A stretch of DNA of 64,000 nucleotides from Takakia lepidozioides (Eukaryota > Plantae > Bryophyta): the NCBI GenBank assembly GCA_030704615.1, contig CM060734.1, positions 60,512,001 to 60,576,000 of the forward strand, read 5' to 3'. Within the stretch, counting starts at the first letter, position 1. The number at the start of each line of letters is the position of its first letter. Positions 37,081-51,900 of this stretch are shown here, in pieces. The notes below the pieces were generated by a model. The model saw only the letters and a list, made by a program, of their open reading frames with translations, was not told the origin of the DNA and did not search any database. The position numbers and the translations under genes are program-made.

Positions 37081-40000
37081 GTTGCTTTTTCCCCTCCGTT
37101 GGGTTTCTTGGACGATCAAGTGCAGGGAGAAGAGAAATTTCTATAAGGAACCGAGACGCTCTGGAAGAGTAGTACTGAATTATGACTCTTTGGATCGTCT
37201 CTCTTGCTATCACGCCCCTTTAGTCTTATACAACAGTGACCCTCGTAAAGAAAGCAAATGCGAGACTAGATTACTTCCCGCACTCAAGAAACTGGATCTA
37301 AGCAGCTCAAACTGCCAGGCTGCAGTGACTAGGATGTGAAATGAGAATCCAAGGCCCAATTTATGCAATCTAATAGACAGTTTCCAGATTCTGTGAAGTG
37401 TGTACAAAGAGTCCATGTTGCCGCCTCCTTGTGTTGTGGTCAGCTACCGAAGACGGCGTCAAGTTATGTGCTCCACAATGAGTCCACACCTATGCAACCA
37501 TGACGCCGCCCAATATCGCAACAAGTTTGTAATGTTTTAATTTTGTCTACTATATAAAGTTCTGCAGTGATGATTTTATAGGTTTTGCCGTAATACTATT
37601 GTAATAATCATTTGTCTCTTAGTAAAACCCTTGCCAACAATTATAGATACATAGATACAGAATTATAGATGCAGGGTTTTGGCTCCCTCCACACTGACTA
37701 CGGTGTATAACCCTTATGGTGTAACTTGGGGTTTTATTTTTTTCCCCGATTTTATGATAAAAAATGACTTTAAAAAAAAGATCATTCTTATATTTAGATA
37801 TTCTGCTTTGTGTGACCCTAAAAAGTGGCCCAGCTTCTTTTGTGGAAATAATGTTGGAACGGGTAGTCAGCACCATTAAGTATAGCTGTCAGTTTCACAT
37901 TGGTGCTGCCCAAATACTGGGATAAGAATGTTAGAAAAATATGAACGTGTTGCCGAAGCAAGTCTATTTTATGGTGTCACTTGACCATGACGGGAGTAGC
38001 CTTCATTACATCCAACATGTGGGGTGATTGCTGCCTGAAGTCCATTTTTTGACGTCACTGCGTCATTTTTCCTGTACATTGGCTTTGGTCCACTTGATCC
38101 TACATTTTCTCAAATTTTCAAAAAGATGTATTTTTGTGATTATAGTCAAGCTTAGATCACATCACCGAGGGCATGTGGCGGCATATATCCTCCATAACAT
38201 CTTTCCCTCTCCCATTTGAAATGACAATATACAATAGACGTTCCACATTGTATAGTGCAAGTGAATCCATTTTTTTGGCAATTTTTTACTATCTTTATTT
38301 TCTTACCTTATGTACTTTTATGTAGGGCACATTTTGCACTTTTGGTCCACTCTTCATTGCAACTACTTAGAACTACCTGTGGTTTGAACCTAATACCATT
38401 AGTTAGGCGGCTTGCGCCCATACAACTAAGCTAGGTTCGCGTAAAAGATTCTAAGCAAAGTTGGTAGATTTGTGTTGGCACTGGCCGATGCCAAGTGAAT
38501 GTCCATTTGCTCCATGGAAAGTGACCATTTCTAGCGGGGATGGTGGGCAATAATGTTCACATTTGTATTTGAGCCGTGTTGGCGAGTGGGGTTAGACAAC
38601 GATGTGTGAATGCTTAGGTGCACCACATATTCTTCTTAATTGTAGAATCTCACGGACTAATAGGTTTCTTGTCAAGTTTAGGACAACCTACAAGCTATCT
38701 CATTGTGGCATTTTTGGAAAGCTAAGTGCTCTCACCCCTTTGATAATGAAACTTTTAACATCTACACTACTCTAAGTAGAATTTCATTGAGTCCTAACAT
38801 AAAGACAAAAGGTGTACGGGTGGAATTATGAAGTGAGTATACAGATGCTCTACAAGCATCTCCACGCACCAATGTTGAAAATTTTGACTCCACCTATGCC
38901 AGGGGAGGAGTACCGTAAAGGTCGCTCTATTCCGACTTTAATTAATTCATTTTAAGAGATGATGAATATTTTGAAATTTTGCCATTGGAGTAGATGAAAG
39001 GGGAATAATTTTCATTTTAAAAGGTGAACTTTGGGAAAAAAAAAGGTGGCAATTCCCACAATGCAAAACATTAGAGTAGTGAATGCTAGTACTAAGTACT
39101 TACTAACTACTAACTACTACTAATGAAATTTAATGAAAAGTACCCAGGGTGCCGAATTCCAGAAAATCGGATGAAGCTTGGATGAGAAAATTAATATAGT
39201 CATTAAGCCTGCCGAACCTGGCGACTTGCATGTATTTAATGATTCCGGCAGGGTTCGTCGAAATAGAGTGGCCTCTACGGTACTTTGCTAGATTATGATA
39301 CCTATACATTATGGGACGTATGTCAACATCCATAAATTCTTTGAGACTTCGCTCCATTCTCGCCCTCATCTCTCGATCTCCTCTTCATCCATTTCTTCAC
39401 CCTCTCAATACATAGAACAAATACCAAGTTTCTAGTTAAAAATTCATTTATTTTGGCTGCCACGGGTGTTACTCTATCATTTGATGTTTAAGCTTGTTAT
39501 TGCCTTCGGTCGTGATTATTTTCCCGTGATACCTTTTTAATGTGACAAGCTAATATTGCGATGTTCATTCAATGCCAACATTGTTTTGCTCTAGGATCTT
39601 CCCCTGTAACTATTATCCTTCCAGTCTGGTATTGGAGTTCGCTTATACCTATCAAAGTATTGGTGACACATTGTAACAAATTGGTAATATGAGTTTGTAT
39701 GAATAATTAAAGTTTTTAGCTTTATGGCTACCGCATCTGGTAGGAATAATGCAGTAATGTTTGTTCATGATTTGGTATGAACAAGACCGTTAGTACCGGC
39801 CAATCCATAGTCTTAATCTAGTATAGCTTTAAAACTCAAAACAACTCTACAAAACCGCATCAATGAGTACAACGAGATGTTCAGGAAATGTAAGTAAATG
39901 AGACATAAGAAAATTCAGTGTACAAAGTTGATGTAAGCAATTGAACAAGGTCCTCATAATCAAGCAATTATGCATTTTCAACTTCAATAACACAGCTCAT

Positions 40001-40129
40001 GGGACACTATCCAAGGGCTAATATACCACACCCGACAAGATAGCAAGATTTGAGCACAGAGTCACATGGGTGGCACAATGCCCTATCCAATGGAGCTACC
40101 AACCAGTGGTCCGATATGAATACTGGACC

Positions 40130-40885
40130 TCACATGTGAATCTATAAATTCACCGTCGAGTTGCTAAACAAAGTTTATCGTTTATGTTTGTACATGAAGT
40201 CACAAATTTCCTAATAATAATGCCAACCCACTCTCGCATCATGAAAGTCTAAGTCAAGATGACATACTACTGCTTAAATCATGCCACATATTTTCTAAGG
40301 GCTTGCCAGCAAGTTAGTTTTTCTTGCTACCCACCTCCTCTGGCATTTTGTTGAACACATGACATGCTTTAAATTCACCAGCGAGTCGATAATAAAAAAA
40401 ATTATATTATTTTTATTTTATTTTAAAATCAAGACTTTATAGAAGGGGAAAAAAAAATTATTTTCCCAAGATGAAGTCACAAATTTCCTAATAATAATGC
40501 CAACCCACTCTCGCATCATGAAAGAATGACATACTATTCCTTGAGTCATGCCACATATTTTCTAAAGGGCTTGCAAGTTATTTTTTCTTGCTACCCACCT
40601 AGCTCCTTCGGCACTTTGTTGAACAAATGACATGCTATAAATTCACCGAGTTGCTAAACAAGAATTAGTATTATTATTATTATTATTTTTGGGGAAAACC
40701 GATATTTTATAGAAGAGAAACAAAATCTTTATTTTTGTCATCCCAAGATGAAGTCACAAATTTCCTAATAATAATGCCAACCCACTCTCGCATCATGAAA
40801 GTCTAAGTCAAGGATGACATACTATTGCTAAATCATGCCACATATTTTCGAAGGGCTTGCTAGCAAGTTGTTTTCTCTTGCTTAC
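40130..40885. repeat. Tandem repeat, ~277-bp unit x ~3
   Basis: atgaagtcacaaatttcctaataataatgccaacccactctcgcatcatgaaa at ~40194, 40471, 40748. Confidence 0.9.
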
Positions 40886-41306
40886 CCAAGCATGGCTATA
40901 TATGTGTATATATATATATCCGTTTTTAACTTTGCATTTGGGCCTCCGTCGCCTTTATCAACTTAAGCAAAATAAAATTTACATAAAAGCATATATACAT
41001 CTTTTGATTTTGGAGGTTAGATTGTTCTAATAATTTTGATTTTGATAAATATTAGGACAAGTAAAGGAACAAGCGGCTAGTCACATGTGGCTCCTCTTTG
41101 TGAATAGTGGAATCTACTTTCATCTATAAACTCTTAGTTTTGACGTTTATTTCTTTTTTAAATTGAAGATTAAAATAGTAAATAATATCTATAATTTTTG
41201 GGGTGGAACCCTTTACTAAAGATGTTAAGTATACTATTTTCTATTTTTCTAAAACACAAACTGAGAAAATATACTCAAAAAATAAATAAATAAATAAAAT
41301 AAAAAA

Positions 41307-43380
41307 TCACGGACTTTCATAGACGCAAATGTCGCAAGTCCCGGCGTCGCCAGGAATGTCCCACAGACACACCTTTGCCCACCTGATCTCCCATGTTTGC
41401 TTAGCTTCAGCCACTTTGTTCATCAGAGATGTGACAGTCTGCTGGATCTGCAGAATTTCCTGTTGTTGGTTGATCCTCAGTGCCTTCAGACTCTCCTCTT
41501 GACAGATAATAATTTTTTCCATGGACGTGATGGTCTGCTTTTGGTGCTCAATCTCCACATCGTACTCCTGCTTGAGCTGCTCTCTCAAAGTTCCTAATTG
41601 TCCGAATGCACATATTCTTTGAAGTAGTTCGTGAGGGTAGTGAAAACAATGTTCACGGTGTTAGCTATCATGGCATCTTTGGAGGTTTCTCGCTCCCTTG
41701 GTGGCTGTAATACCATGTTCTGCCCAGAACCAACCTGGCCTTGGAGCATTGCAGCTTCTGCTCCAGAAGGCCCTGACGCACTGCCCTCAGGTCTACTCTC
41801 TGCAACTATCCCTTGTGGTGGGTGGACTGGAATGGTGACATTATTTTTTATCATCACTGCCAGAGGGTTCCCTTTGTTTTGCTCAAGCTGGGGCTCTAGT
41901 AGGCCCACTGAAACCGGTACTCCGAGGACCGGCCTCTCGTCTACGAAGAATTTCTGCCTGCGCTCACTTTTTGCCATTTCATTTTATAGAAGAATGGAAG
42001 ACAACTTCAGGAGTAGGTGATACACGACGGTCCGGCCCTGCGAATGCCGGTTGATGTCCGCACCCCCGTGTGGGCAGCTTGCAGGGTTTCTTGGAAGCGT
42101 TGTATGGCCTTCGTGAAATTTTCGTAAAAGTAGTGGACCTTGTTGACGTACTGGGTCTCTCCCTAGATCATCGCATCCAATAACCACGGAGGACACAGCC
42201 TGGTGGTCTGCTTGAACCATACCTGCTCCGTAAGAGCCCCCATCCACCCCCGCATCACCTCGTCCGGCCGGCACCGGCTGACCACGAACCCTTCGCAACT
42301 CCTGAACGACTTGGAATCGCCCTTCACATAGTAAGGGTGTGGGTCGAAATCCGCGGACTTGGTCATTTGCCGTATCCCGTGTTCGGCAACCTGAACACGT
42401 CACATATGTACTCCTCGGTCAAGGGACCCTCCGAGAAGGGGGAATAAGTTGAGCAACTCTAGCGCCTTCGCTTTCGGTGTTCGCTCCCACCGTCCAGTCC
42501 ACCGCTTGGAAAAACTCCAGCAACCCTTGACGATCGAACTAGTCATCATCCGACATGTGCATGTAAAGCTCCGCCTTTTGGCATCGTAGCAGCAGCGTTG
42601 TCAAATGCGACCGCTTGTCTTTCACCGTCTTTTTCACGGGCTTACTACTTTTCTTCAGATTTGTGGCCTTGGTCGATGCCTTCGGTGCCATCGTCTGCTC
42701 AATCGCGACAACCCGCTTTTGTGATCTAACAGATGCGGCCCTACTGTCTCCCCTTCACCTTATCGGTCACAACAATCGCCTTAGCCGATGCCATGTTCAA
42801 AATGGCATCTACTCGACACGGTTACATCCGGGATTCAATGGCGTCGATCTCCGCCCCCGAATACCACGCCATCACAAATCTGACGGTCTACACAAACCTT
42901 AGCCCTAGCCCAATTGTCGTGTATCACATGGGCTCGTTGTATGTTCACACCATGTCCATATATATATTATTAAAATCGTCGGTATGAGCTTTAATCCAGA
43001 GATTCCCTTTAGATCTTTCCCCTCGTACTTGATCTTCTTCTTCCACTAGATCTTTTAGTCTCTTATGTAAAGAAAAATAGGTGTGATATCTAAATTAAAA
43101 TCTTCAGGTATGGGTGATGAACTTTATGGTCTTGGTGGTGTGAGAGGCCCAGATGACTCTCCTATATCGATTCTCTTTTGCCAAAGATACGGATAATTAG
43201 CTTTTAAATAGCTTTCCCTTTTCGCTGAATATCTGTTAAGTCTAGCTTCTCTTTTATCACAATGACCCATATCTTTCACGTCTTTGATGAAGTAATATCC
43301 AAAGCTCTCTCCTGTAGTATCTCTCGTATATGCCTTTGGCCATATACCACCTGGCCATTCTAGATTATAGGTTTGTATGT
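41307..43380 (-). mobile_element. Internally deleted relative of the 48-61 kb Gypsy element (ORF0 end, gag start, 3' ORF fragments)
   Basis: 43050-43340 translates to GIYERYYRRELW and REARLNRYSAKRESYLKANYPYLW.K.IDIGES, matching 59440-59660. 41307-41588 resembles the coiled coil of the 3' ORF. Confidence 0.75.
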
Positions 43381-43983
43381 CTTTTTAGTAAAAGATAATA
43401 ACCCAAAAATCCAAAACATAAGATGTTATGGACCTCATTTGATTTGATTTGATTTGATCCATAATCCCTGAGTCACAAGGGAAATTTTTTGAGATGGTTG
43501 AATATTTGAGTTTCGTGAATGAGACTCGAAAAGCTAATAAATTTGATGTTATTTTGGTTCGGTGTTTAGGTTTAATGAGCAATAAAAATAATTATGAATT
43601 TAATAATTCTTATTGTCATGACATTTTGAGTAAAGTAATGGATTGAATTGTGCCTCGTATCACTTGGCCTAATTTAGTGAAAATGATTTTATTTTTATTT
43701 TTTTAAATAAAAATAAAACATATATATACGTTGCGAAAACAAATGGTTTCATATTGGAATATGCATTATGATATTGATGCGAACAACTTGAGAAAATGTT
43801 GGGAGCAATTTTCGTTATTTATTGATTTCGTAACAGAATTACTTCATATTAGTCGGGACGATTATTAGATAGAGGGTTGTCGATTCACGTGTCCGAATGT
43901 GGAAATGAATTATGTTCCTCCTTGCACATGTTCTTATGTTTATTTAGGGACTTTCACATGTATATCATCAATAGCTGCACATA

Positions 43984-45227
43984 TTAGATGACAAAAAAAT
44001 TACTTAGTTGGAACCTGTAATATTTGTTGATTGTAGAAATCATCACTTGGTGTTTCTGCAACGTATGCTTTTCTAGGTGTCTCAGGAACCTATCAAGATT
44101 CATTTTCTCATCATTATCAGGACACTCCCTCTCCCAATGACCGACTTTGTCATAGCAATTGCATCGAGTTCTCTTCTTGAGCTCAACGATACGCTCGTAT
44201 CTTTGTTTCCGCTCTGCTGGTGTCAGTTGTGGTCGAACACTCCCACTGCGTGAAGTGCTTCCTCCATGGTACTGGTTTCTTCCCTTATTGACATAGAAGG
44301 CCTTTGTACCTCCATTCTCCTCATGTGTCTGTCGTAATTTAATTTTGCTTTCTTCCTTTAATAGCCTGAGCGTTAACTGCTCTAAGGTCTTGTTCTCTTC
44401 TCGCATACTGTCCCATGCAGTTAACAGTGGATCGTACTCTTCAGGAAATTTGCAAGTCAACTTAGCCAAGATAACTCCATTATTGAAAGCAGTATCACCA
44501 AGATCTCTCAATTGGCTGATCAAGAGTTCTCTCTTCGATGTATGACGCTACATCATTTCCTGGAATCATTTTGCACTCATAGAATTTCTTTTGCAGATGA
44601 TGCACGTTCTCTATGGCTCTCATCTCATGGATCGTGCTAAGATTTCTCCACATTGATGCAGAGGTCTCACAGCTCAATAGCGGGTTTAGAAGTTTCCTAT
44701 TTACTGCTTGGCAGATAAGACTCACAGCAATGTTATCCTTCCTTAGCCACTCGGCTTCCTCAAGCGTAGTATTCTCAAGCCTCTCACTTCCATCAACGAT
44801 TGCCATGAAATCTCTTCCTCTAAACATGGCCATCATCTGAGACTTCCAGAGATGGAAGTTGGTGCCAAAAAATCTCTCAATGTTACCTAGATCTTTATCC
44901 ATCTTTCTTGACTTCATTCTTTTCTAGTAAAAGCATTTATCTAGCCTCTACTCAAGCGCAGCTCCTGCGGCGTGGGCCCATAACCTTTTGAATTCATTAC
45001 CAAAAGCTTGATCTGGAGACTTAAACTCTGATTAATACAATCAGCTATCTGAGCACTTGCAAGTATTCAAGTCATTGAAATAACAATGTCATCTATCATG
45101 GCAGTCTGAGCTAGTTGTCCATAGTCTTCTCTCTATATCCCTGTATTGCACTTATAGGCTACTCGCAACTACTCGTATATGGAACAAGAAGATCAAGATA
45201 GCGATGACCTGAACCTTCGTTTTTACA
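43984..45227 (-). mobile_element. Ty1/Copia 5' fragment: LTR 44989-45227, PBS 44973-44985, gag
   Basis: TG...CA LTR followed by ggttatgggccca (Copia half-tRNA-iMet-type PBS). gag: RF.GTNFHLWK, UBN2-type region, CNCYDKVGHWEREC knuckle. Truncated before pol. Confidence 0.85.
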
Positions 45228-45559
45228 AGTGTAGAGGGATGAAATCTACCAAGAAAACAAGGTGCTGGAGAACCACACACACACGGACCGACTCCAACGA
45301 GACTGAGATGGTGAAGAGAAGAGTGGATCGGACAGTCACTGTCGCACTATCTGATCCGGTTCTGCAAGTAACCTCCATTGGACAGTCGAGGTTGCTATCT
45401 GGTGCCACAAAGATGGAGAATACCGTTTCCTGTAGAGATGGGAAAGAGGAAGAGCAGCCTGCTCAAGGATCCCAGCAGCCCTCCCCAAAAACGGTAATGC
45501 TTTCAACTCCATTTTTCCGTTTCTCTACATCGGGATTACTGAAATTGAAATTAATAATG

Positions 45560-46908
45560 AACTCTTCTGTTATTCCACAAGACAACATGCATTACCCTCC
45601 AGTCGACTATTCCATTTCTATCAATCCAAACGATCTGCATTTCCTTCCTTGGGGACCGAACGGATGCCGGCCAGGATACTACGTCCTGGTTCTGGACATC
45701 GGTTACCTTTGTGAGGTTTACCTAAAAGATGGAAAGAAATCCCCTCCTGCCATCCAGTCTTGTATCTCCGCAGGGAAATTCAAGTTAGCTATGCGAAACG
45801 GTCTTGACGAATTCATTAAGTGGGCCGTCAAAAAGTTTGTCGTTTGTTTTTGGAACACGGGACCAGAAATGAACGTCGAGACTATCGCCAAGGCCATGTT
45901 CGGGAAATACTATTCCTAGGTCAGAACTTACAGCAGTGAGAATTCCGTCATGCATAGATCGACATTCAACGAAAAATGGCCTAAAGCTCCCAAAAATCCC
46001 ATCTACTTTAAATGTCTTTACGACATTTTTGTTGAGGAAGACCCGACAGCTTACAAATCCAATACTCTCCTCATCGACATTGTAGACAATATGTACAAGT
46101 CCTACTTGAACCCATTAGGACATACCATCTTCCTTCCAAAATATAAAGCGCTCGTGGACCCTGACAGAGATAAGTTTCTACTGGAAGAGCTCAAGCCTTA
46201 CCTTAACATGTTCCGGTTATCCGGGATGGATGTCATGCCATTCAACGAGCTACATCTGTTTGGCGTTACGAAGGATTTCTTCGAGGATGACCCAACGGTC
46301 AAATTTCTTAGAAACTTTGATTATAGGTGGCAGAAGTTCCTTAGCAATCACGAGTTGCGTGCCGCTACATTGGGACATAAAATATTTTAATTGAGTTTGG
46401 TGAACCTCGGCTGTCCAGTGGACGTTCTTGTTCATTTGCCTGGTGTCGGTTTTTCCAATGCATTGTACTGTTCTTTTTTTATCATCCTAAAGTATGAATG
46501 ACTCTCTAGTAGATTGGAGCACCTGTTTCTCTTCTTGCGCAAGGGTCCTCCTCATTTGTTTTTGAAGCCACTGGTCAAGCTCTGGCAGAGATTTGGTGGA
46601 CAATACACCAAGAGTAATATTCTGCTCATTGACGACAACGCCATGAAGTGTGTATTGAACCCGCCCGACTCTTGTCTTGTTCTCAAACCGTTCCAGACCG
46701 TGGAGACTGATGGTTGCTATCTTCTCAAGGTTCTACAGACCTATTTGCTTGGAATGAGGAAACATCCCACTGTTTCAAGCTCTCTTAGGAAAAAAATGAC
46801 AGGGTTGAGTCTTTTTCCCAATGTTTCAAACGATCCCAAGTTTAGCCCACTCTAGGATTTTATTGAGAACAACGGTTTTAAGAGTCTCAGATATGATGCT
46901 TCAAAATA
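45560..46908 (+). pseudogene. FCP1/NIF-like HAD-fold domains (one near-complete, one partial)
   Basis: VLVLDI, R.GLDEFI.W....F.V.FWNTG, FK.L..IF, SNTLLID...K..LNP; second copy FLKPL.KLW...YTKSNILLIDDNAMKCVLNPP. Stop at 45917; no DxDxT. Confidence 0.65.
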
Positions 46909-47952
46909 AAATTATTTTTGATCAATTCCATCGCACTCGAGCTATTGAATATCTTCAGGGTTTCTGATTTTCATTGCCTTGTAATCACACACGTATTAAA
47001 AATGGTACTCTCATTTTCACTCATTTTCTGTAGAATTCTTGACGCACATTCTGGGCAATCCCAAGACTCTGATACAGGCCTTCATACGGGGACATGATTA
47101 TATCTAATGACCTCCACAGTTCAGTGGAGGTTCACATTCCTGCACTCCCGGATTTATGATTGTAGATAAAATGACTATTGCAAAGAGCAAAAAAGAGAGT
47201 ATGGAACATCCAGTCCACCACACTGACATAGTGAGAAAAAATGAACAGTTGAGTGTTTGGATATTGGATGGGATGGAGAAGACTCGGATGTACACCATGG
47301 TGCTGATTTGGTGGGCAAACGAGAAATTTGGGGATATCATTCAGGCCATGGGCACTGTCAAGATCAGAATACACAAAGGCATAGAGGTGACTGTGAGAGC
47401 CACTTATAGGGTAGCCAAGAAAGTGGGGAAAACAGTCAAAGGACTACATGTCAAGGGAGCTGTCATGTGGAAGATCTATTTCTCAGTCAAGAGTCGTGAG
47501 TTACATCCACAACATGTACAGACAGACAAGAGTGTTATACAAGAAGAGTGCATAAGAGAGTTCTACTGGAGAAGTACCAGGTTGGAGCAAGTGGTTACAT
47601 CCACATGCGCACAATGTCTCTTCTACAAAGTTGCAAACTACTGCCTGATTGTATGCATCATTTCCCGCGGATGCAGGTCTCCTGGGGTTTTCTCATACAC
47701 GGTTATAGGCCCGCGCGGTCTTAGCATCTTTCCGCTCACGGATGAGCATCTTCTCGCTCACGAACCTTTCCGCTCACGTGAGCAGCTCATGGATTAGTAT
47801 TCCCCTGATTAAGGTATGTGAGAAAAACATTATTCTTGGGTTGCCTCTTGAAAAGTGTCTATATAGAAGTCCAAATACTCACCACGTTGAGAAGTGTAGG
47901 GTAAGGCACGAGGAGCAGGGCGTTCCTCGAATGAATGCCTGGCACGAGCCTG

Positions 47953-48922
47953 TGTCGCGCGGCTTTTACTCACCCATCCCTTCGCTATCCGAGGCGGAAA
48001 CTCCAAGATAGAAGAGTTGGAAATCTCTAAGTACTCAGCCCGCGCAGAACAATCAGTCATGACCTACAGCTAGTGTATCATGGGGGTGTTTCCTATTTGT
48101 TTCCCTTTCCGCATTCATCTTAGCTACCTTACCATTGATAATTAAGTATCAGTTTGCTTCATCAATCTATCGGTTTCCTTCACTCTTTCATTCAATCCAC
48201 AGCTTCACTCAGATCTCTCTACACAGTGTGATTGTATCGTATAAGTATCAGATTATGATTTATCAGGTATCAGGCCGAAGCCATTGTGTCTCTAATCTGC
48301 TCTACAATATCACTACAGCTTTGCATATAACAAGCATCTACTAATCCTCTTTCCTCCTTCATCGTGCTCTCCATCCTTTGCTTCCGATCTCCGCTCCCGC
48401 CTGACTAAGAAGTCCTCCTGGAATAATGATCCCCCTCAATTCCCCGTTTTTCCCTTTATCTTCCTATCCGCAGTTCTAACCGTTTCCCTCACTAACCGTC
48501 GTCTGTGAACTAACATGTTCCCTTCGCAGGTGTTGTTCCCCACAGTCGTTCCCTGTCTACTCTTCGTTCCCTATGATCGTGACAGCTGTGTCAAGCTGTG
48601 ACTGGCTGTGTGAAACTGTGACGGGCTGTAACTGGCTGTGCGACTGTGTTTGGCTGTGTCGGGCTGTGCCGGGCTGTGTCGGCTGTGTCGGCTGTGTCTG
48701 CTGTGACGACTGTGACGGGCTGTGACGGGCTGTGTCGGGCTGTGTTGGCTGTGTTGGCTGTGTCGGCTGTGTCTGGCTGTGTTGGCTGTGTTGGCTGTGT
48801 AACCCCCTTCTACAGTGCGCTGCTGTCACCCCTAAGGCTCCTGTTGGTCTCAGTCTGTGCAAAAATTAAGGGTACCCTACAGATCCCGTATAAGTGTCTA
48901 AGTCCCCTACAGTCCTCTAACA
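47953..48922 (-). repeat. 3' LTR (970 bp) containing a GGCTGTGTY minisatellite
   Basis: Near-identical to 60195-61168; adjacent to the PPT. Confidence 0.97.
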
Positions 48923-48960
48923 TTACCCCTTCCCCCCTCAAAAAGCCGTGTCCTCACGGT

Positions 48961-51900
48961 TTACTGTTTCCGAGTAGCAAACCTTTGTGAGTGAGCACCT
49001 TGTTGACGTTGAGAGTTTCGTGGCGGACTGTGTGTACGAGCCCGAGGTCTGTCTCTGGTTGACGGAGATGATTGATCACTACCTGGATAAGTGAGGCCCT
49101 CTGGAGGCTGATATCGAGGTAACCTTTCCGGCATAGGAGACCCCCGTCGCTTCTTTTCTGCCATCTGAATTGCATAGTCTTCTCCCATGTCAAAAGAATT
49201 CTGTGAAGAAACAGTTGTATCAGAATCCTCATCACCTCTCAGATGTTTTAATTTTCGAACCTTTTGTGGAATCATCTGGGGCATACAATGCTGTCCTACC
49301 ATGTCTGGAAGTTTGCATTTTACAACTTGGTGTAACCGCTGAACAGCAAAATTGGTGTAGACACTGAGCTCCTTGTCTGTCCAGGTGAGTGGGGTACCAA
49401 TTACTGGTGCAGCGTGCAAGTACTTCCATGCCACATGTCCCTTATAGAAAATGTCATCAAGTCCAAATTTATGTGTTGACAAATGGTTGCAGGCTGCTTG
49501 AAACCATGAACGAATTTGAGAATCCTTTTGCATCATAACTTTTGGGTCATATAGGTACATATGAGGTGGCACCGAAGGTAATACCCAATGATCTCCACTG
49601 GAGTAACTTTGAAAGCGTGTTTGCATCTTTTGTTGCTCAATGTGGTAACGTACCAGAAAACAAGCAGCGTAGTATAGCCCGCACCCCATGACAATACTTG
49701 CTATCTCCTTGGTCTTGGTATAAATGAGTCCATGTACAACCTGGAAAGCAACCAATTCCCTCAACATGGTACCTGCCTCGTGCCAGTATTGTGCAAAGTG
49801 ATGATCTTCAATATGTCGATTGTTTGGAAGAACTTTAGTCCTAGTTGCCACTGGCAGCCAAATACGCATGATTTGGTAGTAATGTGCGAATGACTGCGGA
49901 GGACTAAATTCTTTCCAAGCCAAATCCAACATGATGGGAATTTGGTTGAAGGGCATAAGCATAGCCCTGCTGTACTCCCTTGCAGCTGGAGTTTTAGGTA
50001 GGTTAAAAGCGGCATTGCCCCATACCTCCGGCTGTGGTGGCTGTGGTGTGGTTGTAGTAACCACAGGTTCAGCTACTGGTACACTGACCTGTTGTGGTGG
50101 TGGTGGTACTGGCTCCTGTATCATTGGCATCTCCTGCACCTCCTGTGAAGACTGAAAAGCCAAAGTTCTGGCTTGTAAATAAGAAGCCATTAGCTGTTCC
50201 TGAGGGATATAGACTCTTTGGTCGATGTTTGAAGTGAGGTCTTCCACTTGAGTCTGGAGTCCGTCTACATCCTCTTGTAACTCTGCTATCCTACTATAGA
50301 CATTGTCTATAGTAGTTGTGGCAATGTTCTGCACCTGCAGCCTGAGCTCATTCATCTCGCTTTGGGTGAGCTTCTGTGGGGCTTTGCCCTCTACTGGGCC
50401 TTGTGCTAACCAGACCTGCATAAGGCTGTTATCCACCAAGCTGCTTGTGGTTCCCCTGAGAGTTTGCTCCTCTCTTAGCTTGTACAATTCCAACTGCTGT
50501 TGTAAAGCCTCCATGCGCTTCGCCTGTGGCTCAACCAATTGCGCATAAGCAGCAAGTAGATTATTGGCTTCCTTCCAAGCCTTGTTACTGACCGCGATTT
50601 CATTTCTATTGGCCACGATGGTTTGTTGCAACTCCACGATGTGTTTCTCTTGATCAGCTTCCATCTGCCTGTATTGCTTGAAAGTATCTTCATTGCGACA
50701 GATTGTATTCTTCATATCGACAATGAGCTTCATTTGCTCAACATTCTCTTCTTCTGCCTTCGTACATTTTTCCGCTTGACTGTTTATTTCTTTTGTTGAT
50801 TGGTCAAGCATAGTTGTAAATGTAGCACATTGTATCGCCATCCTGTTATGCACTGTCTGCAACTCCGTATGTAGTGCATTCAGTTCTTGCAACTTGCTTT
50901 CATGCTGCACCTGCATTTGGTATAGCTGTTGCTTATGTGCTTCGTGCAACTGGTCTTGCGCGAGGCCTGCCTCAATCAATTGTTGCTTGGCCAATTGCAA
51001 AGCCATTTCTGTATTGCCCAAGTCCTGCTTCATCTTGAGAGTGACCTCTTCATCGACCTTGTTTGCACACTCAGTGGCAAGTCGAGCCTCAAACTCCTTC
51101 CTGAGTTCCTCTTTCAAGGCTGTCAATTGGGTAATTGGAACATGGGATTTGACATAAGTCCCCAACAAATTAAGTGTCCTGCCTATGGAACTCATCAGCA
51201 TTGCCTGTTGAGGGTCATCATGGTGAGGTTGCTGCTGTTCCTCCTGATCTTCAACAGTATGATGTCTCACTAACCATTCAGGCCATTGTCCCACCGGATT
51301 TTCTTCCTGAACTACTTCATCTATCACCGGTGCTACAGTGTCATGACCTTCCGCCTGTGGTACCTCCGACACAGGTGTGTGTATTATATGCACCTCAGGA
51401 TTTCCCTTGGGCAACTGTTGCACCTCTGGGATTTCTGTCTCCTTGACCAGACCAGAATATTCATAGAGAAGGTCCCCTTTCTCTATTTCTGCCACTATCT
51501 GTTCTGTAGTTGGAATATCTATCCCTTCACTTTCCAAATCAATTATTTCGGGTTGAGCTGCATGGATAACTTGTGACCTTGTGACAAGTCGTTCAAGTGG
51601 CTGTGATGGTTGTGATGCAGAAGTAACTTCCTCCTCCCTCTCTGAAGGTCCTGCTTCCAGTAATAGCATTTGTCTGTGCTGCTGTGCCCCTTCCTGGCCA
51701 TGAGCTTGGGAAACATTATCATGCGGAATCCGTGAAGCCAGTGGATCCGCCACTACAGTCTTTCCCCTTCTCTGCCTCTTAGTCTCGGGTTGTGCTGCTA
51801 GTCCACCCTCACTGTGTGAAGAGCCTTGCTCTTCCATTGCAGTTGTTTCTGGCTCAAACACTCCCATTTCCTTCCTTTCTTGTGCATTAAGTATGCCAGA

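Noticed and set aside
47356-47898. Solo LTR, or a 213-aa protein at 47156-47797
   Set aside because: LTR-like composition but no partner LTR, TSD, PBS or PPT; no protein motif recognised.
48557-48990. QPT-rich or AVS-rich ORFs in both LTRs
   Set aside because: Artefacts of the 9-bp minisatellite.
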